Shown piece by piece: positions 37,506-49,847 of a stretch of DNA of 64,000 bases. This stretch comes from Chiloscyllium plagiosum (Eukaryota), in contig NC_057728.1 in the NCBI RefSeq assembly GCF_004010195.1, positions 53,340,174-53,404,173 of the forward strand, given 5' to 3'. Under the pieces are notes generated by a model, which saw only the letters and a list, made by a program, of their open reading frames with translations, was not told where the DNA came from and searched no databases. Each line of letters starts with the position of its first letter. Position 1 is the first letter of the stretch. A program made the position numbers and the translations under genes.

Positions 37506-39034
37506 GAACACTTCTTGGAGGAGGCAATGTTGAGAAGAGGTTTGATTGCAGTTTGCAAAACCATGAGGGATCTGGAAGAACCAGGGGGTGGGGATGGGGT
37601 AGAAGCTGTTCCCATCAGCAATTGAGAATCAAGATTACTTTAAGCTATGGCATGGCTGCATTTGCTAAAAACAGCATATGTATGCCATGCACCACTAAAA
37701 TGTGCACACACACATTAAAACAGGTTTGGGTTTAGATTTATGGGGCTCACAGCTTGTGAATGGGGTGTGAGCAAATGGAGATCAGGGCGATGCAGCCCAG
37801 GGTGGGTGGAATTGGAGTAAGTAGGTGAGGGAGATTGGGATAGGGAATGGTTAAAGTTCAGAATGGGAAAGATGGAGGGTAGAATGAGACTGAGAGAGGG
37901 GAGGAGAACAGATCAGTGGGGATTGAGGACCATGCATACTTTTCCCTGCATACCACCCTCATCCTGGTCCCATGTCCCCTCTTTATCCACCTCGTGTCCT
38001 CTCACTTAACCTGGCCTTCAGCCACTGGACCCCACTCTCTTCCTCACACCCTGCTATACTCCATTTTAACATTGCACGTCTTTGCAGTCCATGCGCAGTT
38101 ACGGCTTTTGTGATGTTCTTGCCAGTGTGGCATTGTGCACACGTGCATTTCTGGATTAATTTACACGTACAGTTACTTGCACGTTGCAGGTATCAGCAGA
38201 CACTGCCATTTGGTAAAGTCAGTACTGGTGATACGACAAACACTTGCACCCAGCTATTTGCAAAGGTCTGGAATGCACTGTTGAAGAGCGGAGTGGAGGC
38301 AGGTTCAACTGAGGCCTTCAGAAGAGATTTGTATCTTTACATGGAAAGGGATACAAATGCAGGTAGAAGGCAGGCAACAAGGTGAATTGTTCCATCACGG
38401 GGCCAGCACAAACTCAGCTGGCTTAATGAGTTGGATCTGTGTTATATCTATGAAATAGTGCTGCATCCAAATGTGTGAATGCTCAATTAGTGTTGGGGTT
38501 ATATGACAGACACCAGTTATCCTTGTTGCAAGTTTGCTGTTGAGCTCCTCTCTTCTATAACTTGCTTCTCCTTGAAATTATGAGCTCATTAACAGCAGAA
38601 AGGCTGCACATGGTTACACGACCATCTTTATACCAGAACTTCATGGAGTGTCTGGGATTGGAGGTTTCTGGTTCCAACAACCCATGAGCAGCCCGTCCAC
38701 CCACAACTAATGTGAATATTGACAGGGATTTTTCAAGTCAGAATTCCAAACTGGAATTATGATTGCACTCAATCGGGTTACGACCAGCACAGTCTGACAC
38801 TGAATGTTTTGATTCAGAGTCTGAAACAACTAATAGTCACAGTTTGGAGTTAGTTTAGTGTAGGTGTGTATGCTGTGTACTGCCATAGTGCATGACAGAT
38901 CTCATGTAGCATCTTTCTAATGAGACTGCTCAGTACCATTAAGACATGGCTTTTGGGCCTCACAGTTTTGACCCCTGAAAATATCTGCATCTCCCAGATG
39001 TCATCCCAAGTTCCTTCCAACTCCTGTCACATAA

Positions 39035-39285
39035 GTAACTTGAATGCAGAAGTCTGGGCTGATGCTCTAGTGCAGCACTGTGGGAAGATTGTGCTGTCTT
39101 CATATTGGATATAAACCAAGGCGCCCTCTTCCCTCTCAAGTGGTGGTACAAGATCAAATGTTGTCCTTTGAAGAAGAGGAGGAAAGTTCTCCCAAATTTC
39201 ATTCCTCAACCAACTTTACAAAAACGCATGATCGAATTGTGACCACATTGCCATTTGTGGGATCTTGCTATGTTCAAATTCATTG
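39035..39285 (+). mobile_element. Deu-domain-like SINE
   Basis: agtgcagcactgtggga...tttgaagaagag..gaaagttctccc...cctcaaccaac...cacattgccatttgtgggatcttgct; another copy at about 42190-42500. Confidence 0.6.
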
Positions 39286-39611
39286 AAGTGTTACAGCGCA
39301 GAAGGAGGCCATTCAGCTCATCATGTCTGCACCAGTTCTTCGAAGTAGTATCATTACCCAGTGCCAATCTCCTGCTTTGCACCCATATCCTTGAATATTA
39401 TTTATATTGGAATAACCGCGCAATGCCATCTTGAATGATAAACTGAAAATACCTCCACATTATCTTCACACTTAGTGTACTGAAGAAAGGACAAGTGGAT
39501 TGCTACCTTGTCACTCAGACAGGAACTCCCCAGCACCCAGAAACTTGTATTGAGGTGAGGATAAATAACAGAGGACAGTATTCTTTATTCTGCACTCTCT
39601 TCATGCATCGG

Positions 39612-39910
39612 GGAGGAGGTGGTATTGTTGCAATGTACTAACTGGGCTAATGATCAACAGGCAATAGATAAAATCCCACCACAGCATCTGGAACATAAAT
39701 TCAATGAATAAAATCTTGAAGTGAAAACCAACCACATTAATCATGACCATACCAACTAGCATTGATTGCTCGCAAATGCCCTTTAGGGAAGGAAATCTGC
39801 CAAACTATATGTGACACCACATCCACATTTCACAACCAACTCAGTTCAAGAGCAATCAGGGCTGGGAAACAAAAGCAAGCCTTGCCATAGCTCATGAACA
39901 TAATGAAGGA
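39612..39910 (+). mobile_element. tRNA-derived SINE, family B, decayed
   Basis: gggaggaggtggtattg head, ctttagggaaggaaatctgcc body, ctcagttcaagagcaatcagggctggg tail. Confidence 0.65.
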
Positions 39911-40309
39911 AAATCAAGGCAAGATGTATGCTGAAAGTCAGCCTGAGAAACAAATGAGGCCACTTTAAAACTCTCTCAACCGAATGTTCAACTTGTGGAC
40001 TGATTAGGTCGGGCAACCTGATAGAGCCTACCCCAAGTTTCAGCCTTCCCAGCAATGTATTACTGGAATTCTATCCCCTTCCAAATGAAAGGATTGTTAG
40101 TATTCAATTAGGCCCAGTTTTAATTCAAAGATATTTGAAATTTCAGATATTTAATTAATCCCAAAACCCTTTTATTTTTGCCTGATACCCCTGCACATAT
40201 CAACATCCTTTTTAAGGTTAAGTCAATAACACCAGGAGCAGGAGTAGAGCATGTGGCACTTCACACCTGCTCTGTCAATTGATATAATCACGACTGATCC
40301 TGGGCTTCC

Positions 40310-40652
40310 ACTGCTTGATTGGAACCACATCCACAAACATCCACCCCTTCCACCATCGATGCAGTGTGTACTGTCTACAAGATGCACTATAGAAATTCAC
40401 CAAAGGTCCTTATACAACACCTTCCAAATGCACAATCACTTCCATCTAGAAGGACAAGGGCAGCAGATATATAGAAACACCATCACCTGTGAGCTCCCAT
40501 TCAAGTCATTCAGCATCCTGCTTTGGAAATATATTGCCGTTCCTTCACTGTTGCTGGGTCAAAATCCTGAATTCCCTCTCTAAGGGCATTGTGAGTCCAA
40601 CTAGAGCACATGGACTGCAGCAGGTCAAGAAGACAGCTCACCATCACCTTCT
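40310..40652 (+). mobile_element. LINE family B 3' fragment inserted in an antisense CR1 tail
   Basis: cacatccacaaacat...tctacaagatgcact...aggacaagggcagcagat, shared with 55920-56478. Confidence 0.8.
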
Positions 40653-43600
40653 GGATGTCAATCAATGCTTCCCTTTTCCTACATCCCTTGATTCCCAAGA
40701 GACCAAAATTATTTTAACAATGGAGACTCTATAATCCTAGAAAACAGAGAATTCCAAAATTTGCAGTCCTTGAGTTAACTAAATTCTCCTCATGTCAGTC
40801 CTAAAAAAAATCAATCCCTCTCCCTGAGACTGTGGCCCTCTGCAATTAGTCTGTTTCCATCCCCTATCAGGCAGCAAATTTCAGTTTGCAATAACTCTAT
40901 GTAGAATAAAATCCTTACTTCCCACTTGACCCTTTTTACCAATTATCCTATAGCAGTACAATAGCCTTGTCAGGGAAATGTTTTTATCTGCTCTATTCAA
41001 ACCTTTATAAATTTGGATGCTTTTATTGATCTCACTTTAACCTCTCTGCTTTGGAAATCAATAATCAAGTTTGAACCAGTTAATGGCGTAGAGACCTTGT
41101 CTTCTGCAGTTTGTCTTTTCTTGATCAGCCAATGTATTTTCTATATCTCCCTATAATATTCATCGGTGAACTATGAACAACAGATAAACAGCAACACATT
41201 ATCAACAACATATTTAACAGTGAAAAACAATTGTTAACTTTGTGACACAGCTAAGAGCAGGGCTATCCAATTTTCACTCAAGATTCTATTAATAAGGAAA
41301 AGCCATCACCTTTCACCACAATTTCTCATCCATTGTTATTTTGTTCTTTGGATGAAGAAACCCAATGTCAACATTAAAAGTTTCCAAACCATGCTGCAGA
41401 GGAATCCACATTAAGAGTATTTCTGTTTTCCCTAATGTGATGTGCTTGCTTTTCTCCTGTAGAAATAACATTTTACTTACATCTAAAGACCTACATTACA
41501 CTTGGCCAGAACCAAGAATTATGATCTTCTAAATGGGCCCCAGACTAATATTGAACTGCACCCAGTTAAACTAATTAATTCCAACATTGCAGCTCAAGAA
41601 TGAGCTGCTTAATGCATACCCAACAAGGTGACCCCACTCATCTCTCACCACATTCCCAGTTATTGGGAGGGGCTTCCTGGGGACAAGTTCGAGGAAGACT
41701 AAGCTCCAGTGGTAGATAGATCCCTCCAATTCTACTACTGAACCAAGCACTGTCCTGCAATTGCTGGCTCAAATATCAAGTTGCTAAGCTTGCTGCAGTG
41801 GATTCCTGGGCTCCATACTTTCAGCTTTATCATTTGGAATCACCTTCATGCCAAAGGTTGCCTGATTGTCTTATTGCAAAAGAAAATAGTTATTCGTTTG
41901 TCAACGGATAAGTGCAGGTATCACCGGCTGGGAAGCAGATATTAGCAGCTTCTAACATGCAGTGTGGGAAGCAGCTCAATTCACCAATGAATGCATGATT
42001 GCAATGTTACCACCACTGTGTGGCATGGTGGCTTTGAGCAGTAGCCTCACCATTTGGAGCTGCTGAGATTCAGTGGCACACTATAGACTGACAGTGACTT
42101 TGGTTCTGTGGTTGGAGCCTTCAACTTCACATTAGAGGAATCTGAGATCAAGTGCCCCCGCCCCAAACCTGAAAGCAAAAATATCTAGATTGATACTTCA
42201 ATGTTGTTCTAAGGCATGCTGTCTCTAGATGAGGCACTGAATTGAAGTCAGGTGAACATAAAAACTCTGGTACTGCTGTAAAAAAGAACACAGGATTTAT
42301 ACCTATGTCCTGGTTATTGTTTAATACTCAGTAAAATCATCATTATCAAGGCCATTATTGCTCTTTATGTGTGCTCTGTGCTCATTGGCTGTTGCATTTC
42401 CTATGTCACAACAGTTAGCACACTTCAAAAATAATCCTTTGGCAGTCACGTGTTTTGGAACATTCCAAGACTGTGAAAGGCGTTATGTAAATGAATTATT
42501 TTTTGGTCAAAATCCAGGAATTGTCTGACAGCATTCATAATACACTTTCACCATATGGATTGTAGCAGTTTAAGAATACGGCTGATCACCTCCCTGATAA
42601 GGACAACTAATGATGGGCAATAAATGCCAGCCTTGCTCAGTGTTATCTAGACATCAATATGAATATTGACAATCAGGATAGATACTTGGTCGACCATCCA
42701 GTTAGTACTTTTGAGAGTTCTCTATGATTCATTCACTGTCAATGTGCTGCTTTTTGATGAAGTATGGCCATTCCTCAGAGATTAGCACATGGTTTAAGAC
42801 TCATACTGGAGCCCCATCTGATTTTGTCAATTACACAATATCATCTTCAAAAAAACAGAGCATCATGCTATTTTGCCAAATAACCTGGATCAAAAAACTT
42901 TGTGTCCAAGGTTATCATTCAATACAGAACTGAGCACACCATTGACAAGAATTGGTTACATTCAATACCATTTTATTTTAAAAAAACAATATGTCTATGC
43001 AGACCAACAACACCAAACAATACTAATCCCATTTATCTGCACGTGGTCCATAGTTTACTATGCCCTGGCATTTTAAGTGCTTATCCAGATGTTTCTTAGA
43101 TGAAATGTGTCTGAAATCAAAACAGAAAATGATGAAGAAACTTAGCAGATATGGAGCAGCAGTGGATAACATAGCAGTGGATAGCAGTTGACATTTCAAA
43201 AATCTTCATCAGACCATTTTCTTATGCCCTTTTCAGGTAGTTTCACAAACAGCATGCTTTTATATAATGTCTGTAACATTGTTAAATGTTATAAGGTGTT
43301 TTGTACAAAAATCGACACTGAGTTCTAAAAGAACATATTAGGAGAAGCAATCAAGGCTTTGCGAATCAGATAAATTTGGGGTAGATTTTAAAGAAGGGGA
43401 GAGACACAGAGAAGCATTGAGACTTAGGGAGGGAAATCTAGAGGTCAAGCTTGAACAGCTACTAGGATGGTGCCTGTAGTGAAGTGGTAGAAATCAGGAT
43501 GTGCACACTGTCAGTATCAGAGGAATTCTAAACTTCAATGGGTTAGAGGGCTGGATGAGGGAACAGACAAAAGAATAGCTTTTTCTCAATCGTTAATGAG

Positions 43601-45442
43601 ATCTCAGAGCTAGAGTTGCTTATTCTAGATTAAATCCAAAAAGGAAAATTAATTTATGTCATTTGGACAGAAGAAAATCCACAATAGTTGCAACGGCCAA
43701 GGCATTTCAAATTTTCAGAAATCCAGCATAAATACTCAAGAACAATGCAAGATGTGAAATGATCAAATCAGGAATATTGCTCCTATGGAAACTGCAATAC
43801 AATTCTGGAATTCTGCTATATTGCTCACACTCATAACATCCAGTTTCACATGGCAGAGAATAGTTATGCTGGTTTGAGAACTGTTTAAGAATCAAAAATG
43901 TGACTTGATAATATTCTGCAAGCATAAATCCACCGCTGCAAGGGATTGTTTGTAGCACACAAAATTAACTGTGTTTGATTCTTCAAAACCATGTGTATCA
44001 GGGAGTGAGGGGCAAATAGAATTTGATTCTCATCCAGTTTGCAGAAAAAATATTATTTATCATCTGTATTGCATTTATCACACATAACATATGAATTAAT
44101 ACAAAGTTAGCAGCTTGCCTCTTATACATTAGCATGCACAATGCATAATATAGGATTAAACTGATTTGATTTACAGTCCAGCCAAAAAGAAAAAATGAAA
44201 TATTTACTCTCAGACTGAATTTTCCTGTTTTATTTGCTGACAGCATTTTGCTGTTCACGAGTATCATTTTGAAATGTAATAGGAGCATGATATGGATTTA
44301 TTGTTGAGTACATCATGCTGGACAATAGAAAGCTTTCTGATTTGCAAACAGGTGAATTTCAACTGGAAATCAAAACATCACAGAGGAACAGGGAAAGGAG
44401 ATATTCTTTTAAAAGAGTTGGCAAAAACATTGTCGATAGTGCAGGGGGTCAGATTATATACGAGACTGACAGACTATCATAGGAATACAATTCTTTACAA
44501 GGAAATTTCATCTCTGAGATTTACAGAAAAGAAACAAATCTGGTTGCTATCAAGAATGTGTTGGCACATCCAGGGGATGAAAGGTCATGCCACAGCTATG
44601 CAACTATTAATTAAACTGGAATTCAGTGGATGTCTTCAGTCCAGTCAGTGAGAGTATTTCTCTGTTGTTACACAGAATCCTCAGTGACAATGTTGATTGT
44701 TCAAAAACAGCCAGCAGAGAGCACTAAGTACTTGTATTAGACCCTGCGGTTCGTGTTTTTGTCAAACTTAACTACCAAACAAGTTTGGACTTGACTTGTA
44801 ACTTTTAAACACTGTACAATCAAATACTTTGCAAAGTATTTAGTGATGGATTTTTCATGCAGATATCTCAAGTTACATCATTAGAGAGGGTTTAACTGAC
44901 AGCACCTGATGACACAGATTTACTTCAAATGTTGTATAACAAGATCAGAAACAAAGGAAAATTCTGTGGATGCTGAAAATCTGAAATAAAAACAAAAGAT
45001 GCTGGGAATTCTCAGCAACTCAGGCAACATCTGTGGGGTGAGAAACAGAACTAATGCATTGGGTTTTCCCAGCACTTGAATGATCTGGGCAATGGTAAGT
45101 CAGTTGGGAAAATAAGGTGTGATTGGAAAAATGTTGAGGAGAAAAGTTCATTTATCCATCCAAGATTTTAAATGTGAGATAGGAATCTTACTAGTAAGTG
45201 GCAATAGGCTTATTTCCGTGTATTATCATCTCATTATTACCTATTCTTGCCTCAGGTATATGCAATTTGCTATTTTTGCACACAGCAGAGAGCTATAACA
45301 GTGGCTTGGGGCCTTCCTGACACACCGTGGTACTGGCCCTACCCTGGACCAAGAGACCAGGGTTGAAGTCCCACCTGCTCCAGGGGTGTGTAATAACATT
45401 TCTGAACAGGCTGATTAGAAAAAAGAGTCAATTTTTAAAAAA

Positions 45443-45700
45443 AGGCAGCATGGTGGTTCATAGCACCAGAGACTCGGGTTCAATTCCTGTCTTGGGCGAC
45501 TGTCTGTGTGGAGTTTGCATATTCTCCCCATGTCTGGATGCACCTCTGGGTGCTCCGGTACCTTCCAAGTCTGATTAAGTAGATTAGCCATGGGAAATAC
45601 AGGGATGGGGAGGTGATAGGTCTGGGTGGGATGCTTTTTGGAAGGTCAGTGCAGACTCAATGGGCCAAATGGTCCAATTCCTCACAGTAGGGATTCTATG
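45443..45700 (+). mobile_element. HE1-type V-SINE, decayed
   Basis: gggttcaattcc B-box and V-domain ctgtctgtgtggagtttgcatattctcccc. Confidence 0.8.
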
Positions 45701-46239
45701 ACATAAGACAGTGACACTTCCTGACAGCATTGTCAGTGTAGTACCTGGTGGTCCCAGCTCACTGCTTCTTCTATCAGGACCTCCTTGTTAGCCAGCAGTC
45801 CCCAACATCTCAAAGCATGCTCCACAGAGGTTGGCATCAACCGTATGCCAGTCTCATCACATCAACATGGCACATCTCTGACTCATTTGGAATACAGATC
45901 TCCATGTCACTTTGTAGTGCATTGACAACTTTTATTGTAATGGTGCTGTCAAGGCACTTTGTGACCAGAGACCAGCACCTACCTCTTGCAGCAGAGCAGG
46001 GGCACCTCAGGTTGCTCTCCTAGCATTTACTCACTTTGCCCTGACTTGAATGCTCACTGAATCCCTGCCTTGCCTTATCTTAATTGCACTTTGATGTTCC
46101 AGGCTAACTATAGTTCTGACCTAGCTTGCCTTTTATCACAGAATTAAAACCAGGCAGTCATCAGCAGTGATTCAGTCAAGGGAATGAATGTGTTGCTTCA
46201 CACACCCTGCTCCATTAATATTACACTTGTACTTTTTTG

Positions 46240-46588
46240 TTCATTCATGGATGAGAGCGTCGCTGGCTGGGTCAGCAATTATTACTTACCTCTAATTGCC
46301 CAGAGGGCAGATAAGAATCAACCACATTGCTGTGGGTCTGAAGTCACATGTAGGCCAGACCAAGGATGGCAGTTTCCTTCCTTCAAAGGTATTAATGAAG
46401 CAGACGTGTCTTTCTGAAATTGACAATGGATTCATGGTCATCATTAGGCTCTTAATTTCTGATCTTTTAAAAACTGAACTCAAATTCCACTATCTGCTGC
46501 AGCAGGATTTGAACCTGGATCCGCAGGACATTATCTGGAGCTCTAGAGTGACAGACAAATGACAACACCACTAGGCCACCACCTCCCT
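46240..46588 (-). mobile_element. tRNA-derived SINE, family B, full length
   Basis: Minus strand: A-box TGGCCTAGTGG, B-box GGTTCAAATCC, conserved body and LINE-B-type tail. Confidence 0.85.
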
Positions 46589-46933
46589 GTTACACAGCTG
46601 TTTCGGCTAATGGCCATGTATGAATGTCTAAGGGAAGTCAGTCAGGGAAGTTGCCACTCAGTCAAGGGCTGTGTCCGATTTCAGTCCACGACTTGGACAC
46701 AGTCAGTCAGCCATTTGAGGTGGTCAGGCTCAGGGATTCCATATTATTACTGTCAGGGGGTAGGCCATTCCTGCAAAGAGTCCAAGGATTTGTGGTAATT
46801 CAGTCGGGGAGCTGCCCAGAACTCAATCAGGAGTCCGGTCACACATCAGTAAGGAGGTGGGTTACTCCAATCCTGGAGACAGTATACTCACTGAAGCTCA
46901 AGGTGATTTATCAGAGACCATCCTTACAGTGGA

Positions 46934-47118
46934 GAAACAAAAACAGAAGTTGCTGGAGAAACTAAGCAGGTCTGGCAGCATATATGAAGAGAAAGCAGGG
47001 TTAACATTTCGGGTCCAGTGACCCTTCTTCAGAACTGCTGCTAGATTTGCTGACTTTTTCCAGCAATTTTGGTTTCAATTTCTGATTTCCAGCATCCGTA
47101 GTTCTTATTGTTTTGTTT
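46934..47118. mobile_element. PLE-derived fold-back element (fourth family)
   Basis: aaaacagaagttgctggagaaact.agcaggtctggcagca is inverted against tgctgctagatttgctgactttttccagcaattttgg. Confidence 0.8.
47000..47035 (-). ncRNA. Minimal type I hammerhead ribozyme motif, core intact
   Basis: Minus strand GUU CUGAAGA a GGGUC acug GACCC GAAA ug UU AAC: 3-bp stem I and 5-bp stem II. Confidence 0.75.
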
Positions 47119-47726
47119 AGTGACTATGGTGGAGGAGTTGGAGAAATCATTAACGGGGACTGCAGGAAGCATGTTGAGGTGCAGAGGGATTGTGAAGGGA
47201 GAAAACTCAACATAGAAGGGAGGAGATAATAGTGCATTGGAGCAAGTGGGGATGTGGAAGGGAGGGGAGTTGGGATTAATCCACAGACATCTTCAGCCTG
47301 GTTATGATGTAGGGACAGCACATCATGATGGCTTGCACATCTAAGTTGTAGGTCCAAAATTCAGGATGTAATGTTAGGGGATGACAACAATAATGAAAGG
47401 GTTGGGTTCAAACAACTGGAAGCTCAGAACTGATTGGGTCAATGTGAGTGCAAATAGAAAGGAAAATGAAAATTTGTGGGGTCACCTAGATTAACATCAA
47501 CTGTGACTTGTGTTGCCTTCCAACCTGATCTGAATTGCAAATATGCAATGGGAATGATAAAAGTGTTCTTTCACTGCCTGAAAACTTGGACTGAACTTGT
47601 GAGTAATGTAAAACACTCCAAGGGGCAATTGTATGGATCTTGCACTTTCACAGTATAGGTTCAAAACACCTGTAAACATAGTACATAATTTTTCGAAAGT
47701 GTCTACCTTTGCACAATAAAAATCAA

Positions 47727-49340
47727 AGAACATAAAATAGGAGCAGGAGTAGGATATGCAGGCCCTCAAACCTGCCCCACCATTCTAAAATCATCGCTGA
47801 TCTACCCATCTCCTCTTTCCTGCCAACTCCTCATAGTCCTCAATTCCTTGATATTCAAAACTCTATCTAGCTCCATTTTAAATACTTTCAGTGATCTAGC
47901 CTCCACAACTCTCTTTCATTCACTTTCTTCTGAGAGAAGAAATTCTTTAATATTTCAGTCTAAAATGAGTATCCCCTTATTCTGTAACAATGTTGCCTCA
48001 TTTGAAATTTCTCTACAAAAGCAAAAACAGAAATTGCATGGAAAAGCTCAGCAGGTCTGGACCTGAAATGTTAGATTAGATTCCTACAGTGTGGAAACAG
48101 GCTCTTCGGCCCAACACTGACCCTCTGAAGAGCAACCCACCCAGACCCATTCCCCTACATTTACTAATGCACCTAACACTACAGGCAATTTAGCATAACC
48201 AATTCACCTAACTGGCACATGTTTGGAGTGTGGGAGGAAACCAGAGCACCAGGAGAAAACCCACATAGAATGTCCAAACTCCACATAGACAGTCACCCAA
48301 GGCTGGAATCGAACCTAGGTCCCTAGCACTGTGAGGCAGCAGTGCTAACCACTGAGCCACTGTGCCATCTCTGATTTGTCTCCTCAGATGCTGCCAGACT
48401 TGCTGAGTTTTTCCAGAAATTTATATTCTGTTTTAATTTCTGATTTCCAGCATCTGTATTTCTTTCAGTTTTTTTAGATTCCATCAGTTTAAGTGGAAAC
48501 ATCTTCTCAACATCTACTTGTTGAGCTCCCTCAGAATCTTATTTCAATAAGATCACCCCTCATTCTTCTAAACTCTAATGAATAAAGGCCTAGCTAGTTT
48601 AGTGTTCTTGATAAGTTAGCCTTTTCATCCCAGGAATCAGTCCAGTGAAACTCTTTTGAACTGCTTACAATGCCAACAGCACATCCTTTCTCAAAAACAG
48701 GGACAAGAACTGTACACAGTACACCAGGTGCAACCTCACTAATGCCCTGTACAGTGGTAACAAGATTTCCTTATTTTTAAAGTCCAACTACCCCCGAGCA
48801 ATGAAGGCCAAACTTCCATTTGCCTTCTCAATTACTTGCTGTACTTACATTCTAACTTAGAGTCATAGAGCTCTACAGAATGGAAACAACGTATCCATGC
48901 TGTCTAGATGTTCTAAATAAATCAAGTCCCATTTGCCAGCATTTGGCCCATTTCCTTCTAAACCCTTCCTATTCATATACCTATCCAAATGCCTTTTAAA
49001 TGCAATTATACCAGTCTCCACCAATTCTTCTGGCAGCTCATTCCACACATACAACACCTTTTGGGTAAAAAAGGTGTCCCTTTTCTTCTTGTGCTTGATG
49101 TACAAGAACATCCAGGTCTCTCTACTCTGCACTTTTTTGGAGTCTCTCCATTTAAATAATGGTCTGCCTTTTGATTCTTCCTGCCAAAGTATGTGATCTT
49201 ACACTGTCCGACATTATGTTCCATTTGCTAAGTTCATGCCTACTCACTCAACAATCTGTATCTCCTTTCAAATTACTTATGTCGTCATCATAATATGCCC
49301 TCCCACAAATTTTTGTATCATCAACAAATTTGGGAAAATG
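47727..49340 (-). mobile_element. CR1 relic with nested PLE fold-back (48022-48475), HE1 SINE (48071-48367) and a second CR1 tail (48858-49085)
   Basis: CR1 tail agaacataaaataggagcaggagtagg; nested pieces recognised by similarity to other copies in the window. Confidence 0.75.
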
Positions 49341-49486
49341 CATTAAAGGCATGAGTGTACACAGACAATGGACAGTCTTTAAAGGACAAGTAGGTGGCTT
49401 ACAGTAACTATAGTTTCGTCTGGTGTTGACATGGTGCTAAAACTCGAAAAAGGTCAGTCAACAATGGCTGAGAAAGAAAGTTAAGG

Positions 49487-49800
49487 ATTAGATTAGATTA
49501 CTTACAGTGTGGAAACAGGCCCTTCGGCCCAACAAGTCCACACCGCCCCGCCGAAGCGCAACCCACCCATACCCCTACATTTACCCCTTACCTAACACTA
49601 CGGGCAATTTAGCATGGCTATTTCACCTGACCTGCACATCTTTGGACTGTGGGAGGAAACCGGAGCACCCGGAGGAAACCCACGTAGACACAGGGAGAAC
49701 GTGCAAACTCCACACAGTCAGTCGCCTGAGGTGGGAATTGAACCCGGGTCTCTGGCGCTGTGAGGCAGCAGTGCTAACCACTGTGCCACCGTGCCGCCCC
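49487..49800 (-). mobile_element. HE1-type V-SINE, young, CpG-rich, full length
   Basis: Minus strand gggcggcacggtggcacagtggttagcactgctgcctcacagcgccagagacccgggttcaattccc, V-domain, (aatct)n tail. Confidence 0.95.
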
Positions 49801-49847
49801 GTGAAGATTAAAAGAAAATGCTTATGAAGGGTGGTCAGAAATAGTAA

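Noticed and set aside
36221..44651. Several 100-140 aa ORFs (36221, 36927, 37144, 37972, 44292)
   Set aside because: No recognisable domain or splice context; they overlap repeats or are expected by chance.
49730..49800. tRNA genes
   Set aside because: The A/B-box sequences here and elsewhere are SINE heads fused to V-domain or family B bodies, not cloverleaf tRNAs.
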